Source: an uncultured Methylomirabilota bacterium
Lineage (GTDB): Bacteria > Methylomirabilota > Methylomirabilia > Methylomirabilales > 2-02-FULL-66-22
DNA length: 64,000 bases
NCBI GenBank assembly: GCA_963705305.1
Contig: OY970067.1
Span: 5,120,001-5,184,000 of the forward strand
Direction of reading: 5' to 3'
The translations under genes were made by a program, and so were the position numbers. Of this stretch, positions 62,056-64,000 are shown in pieces. How positions within the stretch are numbered: position 1 is the stretch's first letter; each line of letters starts with the position of its first letter. Below the pieces are notes generated by a model. That model was not told the DNA's origin. It did no database searches and saw nothing but the letters and a program-made list of their open reading frames with translations.

Positions 62056-62235
62056 GGGTCAACCGGCAGCGCGACCCGTTCTCCGCCGCAGCCGCCATGC
62101 GGCCTTCTGCGGCACCGTCCGCCGTATCCCCTGCCGGTGAATGCGTACCGCCGCATCGCGCGATGGTCCTCGCAGCGCTCCCGACGCTGGTGCAGCGGGC
62201 GCGCGTCGGCCCCCCACGCCCATCCCGTGTTCCGA

Positions 62236-62484
62236 TCATCGGCCACCGCCGGGGGTCCGCCGCGGCGGGGCGCAATCGGCGGCGTATCGGCGCCAGGCGC
62301 GGCGCGCGGTCTCCAACGTGGCGTGGGAGCACCCCGCCCCCTGAAGCTGGCTCTCCAGGGCGCCGAGACTGGACGGATCCTGCCATTCCGGATCCTGCAC
62401 CACGGCCCGTGCGAACTCGCCGAAGGCGGTCTCCTCGCCTCGGTACTGCATCAACCACCTGGTGAACGTGGCGCCATCCGTCAT
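62236..62484 (-). CDS. Small helical protein, YozE SAM-like
   Basis: C-terminus of ORF 62236..63903: TFTRWLMQYRG..FGEFARAVVQDPEW..ARRAWRRY. Confidence 0.6.
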   Translation of the reverse strand: MTDGATFTRWLMQYRGEETAFGEFARAVVQDPEWQDPSSLGALESQLQGAGCSHATLETARRAWRRYAADCAPPRRTPGGGR

Positions 62485-62573
62485 GCCGTCCCCGCCGGAA
62501 GCAGCGGAAATCCGCCAGCGCGTCCGCCCTTCCCCGAAAGTGACCGGCCGATCCCTCCCCGGACCGCCTCTCC

Positions 62574-63641
62574 CTATCGCCCGTAGAACAGCCTGGGCGG
62601 ATGAAGCATGTGCCACACTTCGTCGCAGGCATCCAGCGCTTCTTGGGACAGGCGCATCCCAACCGCCCCCATGTTCTCCTCCAGCTGCTCGACCGAAGTG
62701 GCCCCGCAGACGATCGACGTGATCCCCTGCTTGTTCAAAACCCAGGCGAGGGCGAATTGGGCCAGGCTCTTGCCGTGATCGCCGGCGATCCGCTTCAGCC
62801 GCTCCACCGCGGCGAAGTCCAGCTCCGTCCAATACTTCTCGTTGTACCGGAATCCCTGGGAGGACAGGCTGAACCGCCGCCCATCGAGAGGGGGTTTCCC
62901 CTGCTCGTACTTCCCCGCCAGGAAGCCGGCCGCCAGCGGACTGAACACTGCCACCCCGATCCCCTCTTCGAGACAGAGCGGGAGGAGCTCGTACTCGATA
63001 TCCCGCGCCAGGAGGTTGAAGGGGGGCTGAAGGATATCCCACCGCGCCAGGTTGTGCTTGTCGCTGATCCAGAGGGCCTTGCAGACCTGGAAGGCCCGGA
63101 AGTTGGAGGAGCCCAGGTACCGCACCTTGCCCTGGCGCACGAGATCGTCCATGGCGCGCAGCGTCTCGTCCAGCGGCGTGTCGTAATCGGGCATGTGGGC
63201 GTAATAGATGTCGAGGTAGTCCGTCCCCAGCCGCGTGAGGCTTCCCTCGACGGCCTGCATGATGTGCTTCCGGGAAAGCCCCATATCGTTGGGCCCCACC
63301 TGGTCGCCCGCAGGCCAAGAGTGGAACGGCCGGGGCCGTGCCAGGTCGAGCGGCCCGGCGACCTTCTGCTCGCCGTATTTCGCCGCCAGGCGGCGCAGAT
63401 GTCCCGCCTTGGATGCAAGGACGAGCGAGTCCCGCACTCCCCTGATGGCCTTGCCGAGGATCTCCTCCGTCACCCCGTTGGCATACATGTCCGCGGTGTC
63501 GATGAACGTGACCCCGCCGTCGAGCGCCCGGCGGATGATCCGCAGGGACGCCGGCTCGTCCACCTGCCGGCCGAACATCATCGTGCCGAGACAAAAGGCC
63601 GATACCTTCAGCCCGGTGCGCCCCACCTTCCTGTACTCCAT
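62574..63641 (-). CDS. Aldo/keto reductase
   Basis: GRTGLKVS..LGTMMFG, DTADMY, SK, SLTRLGTDYLDIYYAH, GKVRYLGSSN, SPLAAGFL. Confidence 0.94.
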   Translation of the reverse strand: MEYRKVGRTGLKVSAFCLGTMMFGRQVDEPASLRIIRRALDGGVTFIDTADMYANGVTEEILGKAIRGVRDSLVLASKAGHLRRLAAKYGEQKVAGPLDLARPRPFHSWPAGDQVGPNDMGLSRKHIMQAVEGSLTRLGTDYLDIYYAHMPDYDTPLDETLRAMDDLVRQGKVRYLGSSNFRAFQVCKALWISDKHNLARWDILQPPFNLLARDIEYELLPLCLEEGIGVAVFSPLAAGFLAGKYEQGKPPLDGRRFSLSSQGFRYNEKYWTELDFAAVERLKRIAGDHGKSLAQFALAWVLNKQGITSIVCGATSVEQLEENMGAVGMRLSQEALDACDEVWHMLHPPRLFYGR

Positions 63642-64000
63642 CCGACGCCTCCTCTTCCCCCTCCGATTTTTCCCTGGCCAGTCGGACCTGGACGCTACCA
63701 GTCGCGACGGATCGGGTCAAGCCCCTTCCCCTTGCGCCGTCTCGCGGCTTGACAGGTGACAGCGCGGGAGCTAGGCTCCTGCCAGAGCCTCCCGGAGCCA
63801 CCGCGGTCTTTCGGGAGAGCTCGCCCACCCCGGAACCACCGCGCACGACGGGCCAAGCTGGCCCTTGCCTCTCTTGCGTACACAACCGGCGTCCTCGGGG
63901 CATCCGTTCCTCCCGGCTCCCCCACCCCCCGAGACGTGCCTCCCGCCCCCGCCGGGAGCGGCAAACGAAACGGCTGCCCTGTGCTCGGTTGGTGCCGGGA

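Overview
A GC-rich, gene-dense bacterial window from a diderm: it encodes TamB/Omp85 and a futalosine-type menaquinone decarboxylase. The gene content is compatible with Methylomirabilota/Rokubacteria-like or Desulfobacterota-like lineages, but that is inference only. The centre (about 8.3-38.8 kb) is a co-oriented alpha-glucan/trehalose supercluster: treZ, glgB, glgX, a GH13, treY, a GH57, glgE, treS, glgM-type glgA, a maltokinase-DUF5752 fusion, two TreT-like GT4s, a degenerate GT2, an MscS-type membrane protein and a DUF5752 protein. It is preceded by a clean sigma54 promoter and an NtrC-family activator, and is interleaved with paralogous kinases, receivers and two DksA/TraR-type proteins. 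An IS1380-family element with 18-bp IRs and a 5-bp target duplication sits in the last codons of glgE. Three copies of a MITE-like element occur between genes. At 49.1-51.8 kb a yybP-ykoY (Mn2+) riboswitch and two copies of an unrecognised structured leader, each overlapping an intrinsic terminator, precede DUF2294 (MpsC-like), a second DUF2294 and terC. This repeated leader is the best candidate for a new or variant ion-sensing riboswitch. The second-best candidate system is the maltokinase-OrfY / pseudo-TreT / pseudo-GT2 / MscS / OrfY / TreT module. Five apparent indels, several in homopolymer runs, suggest assembly errors rather than true pseudogenes. No rRNA, tRNA or CRISPR array was seen. 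All family calls come from motif recognition by eye; no searches were run.
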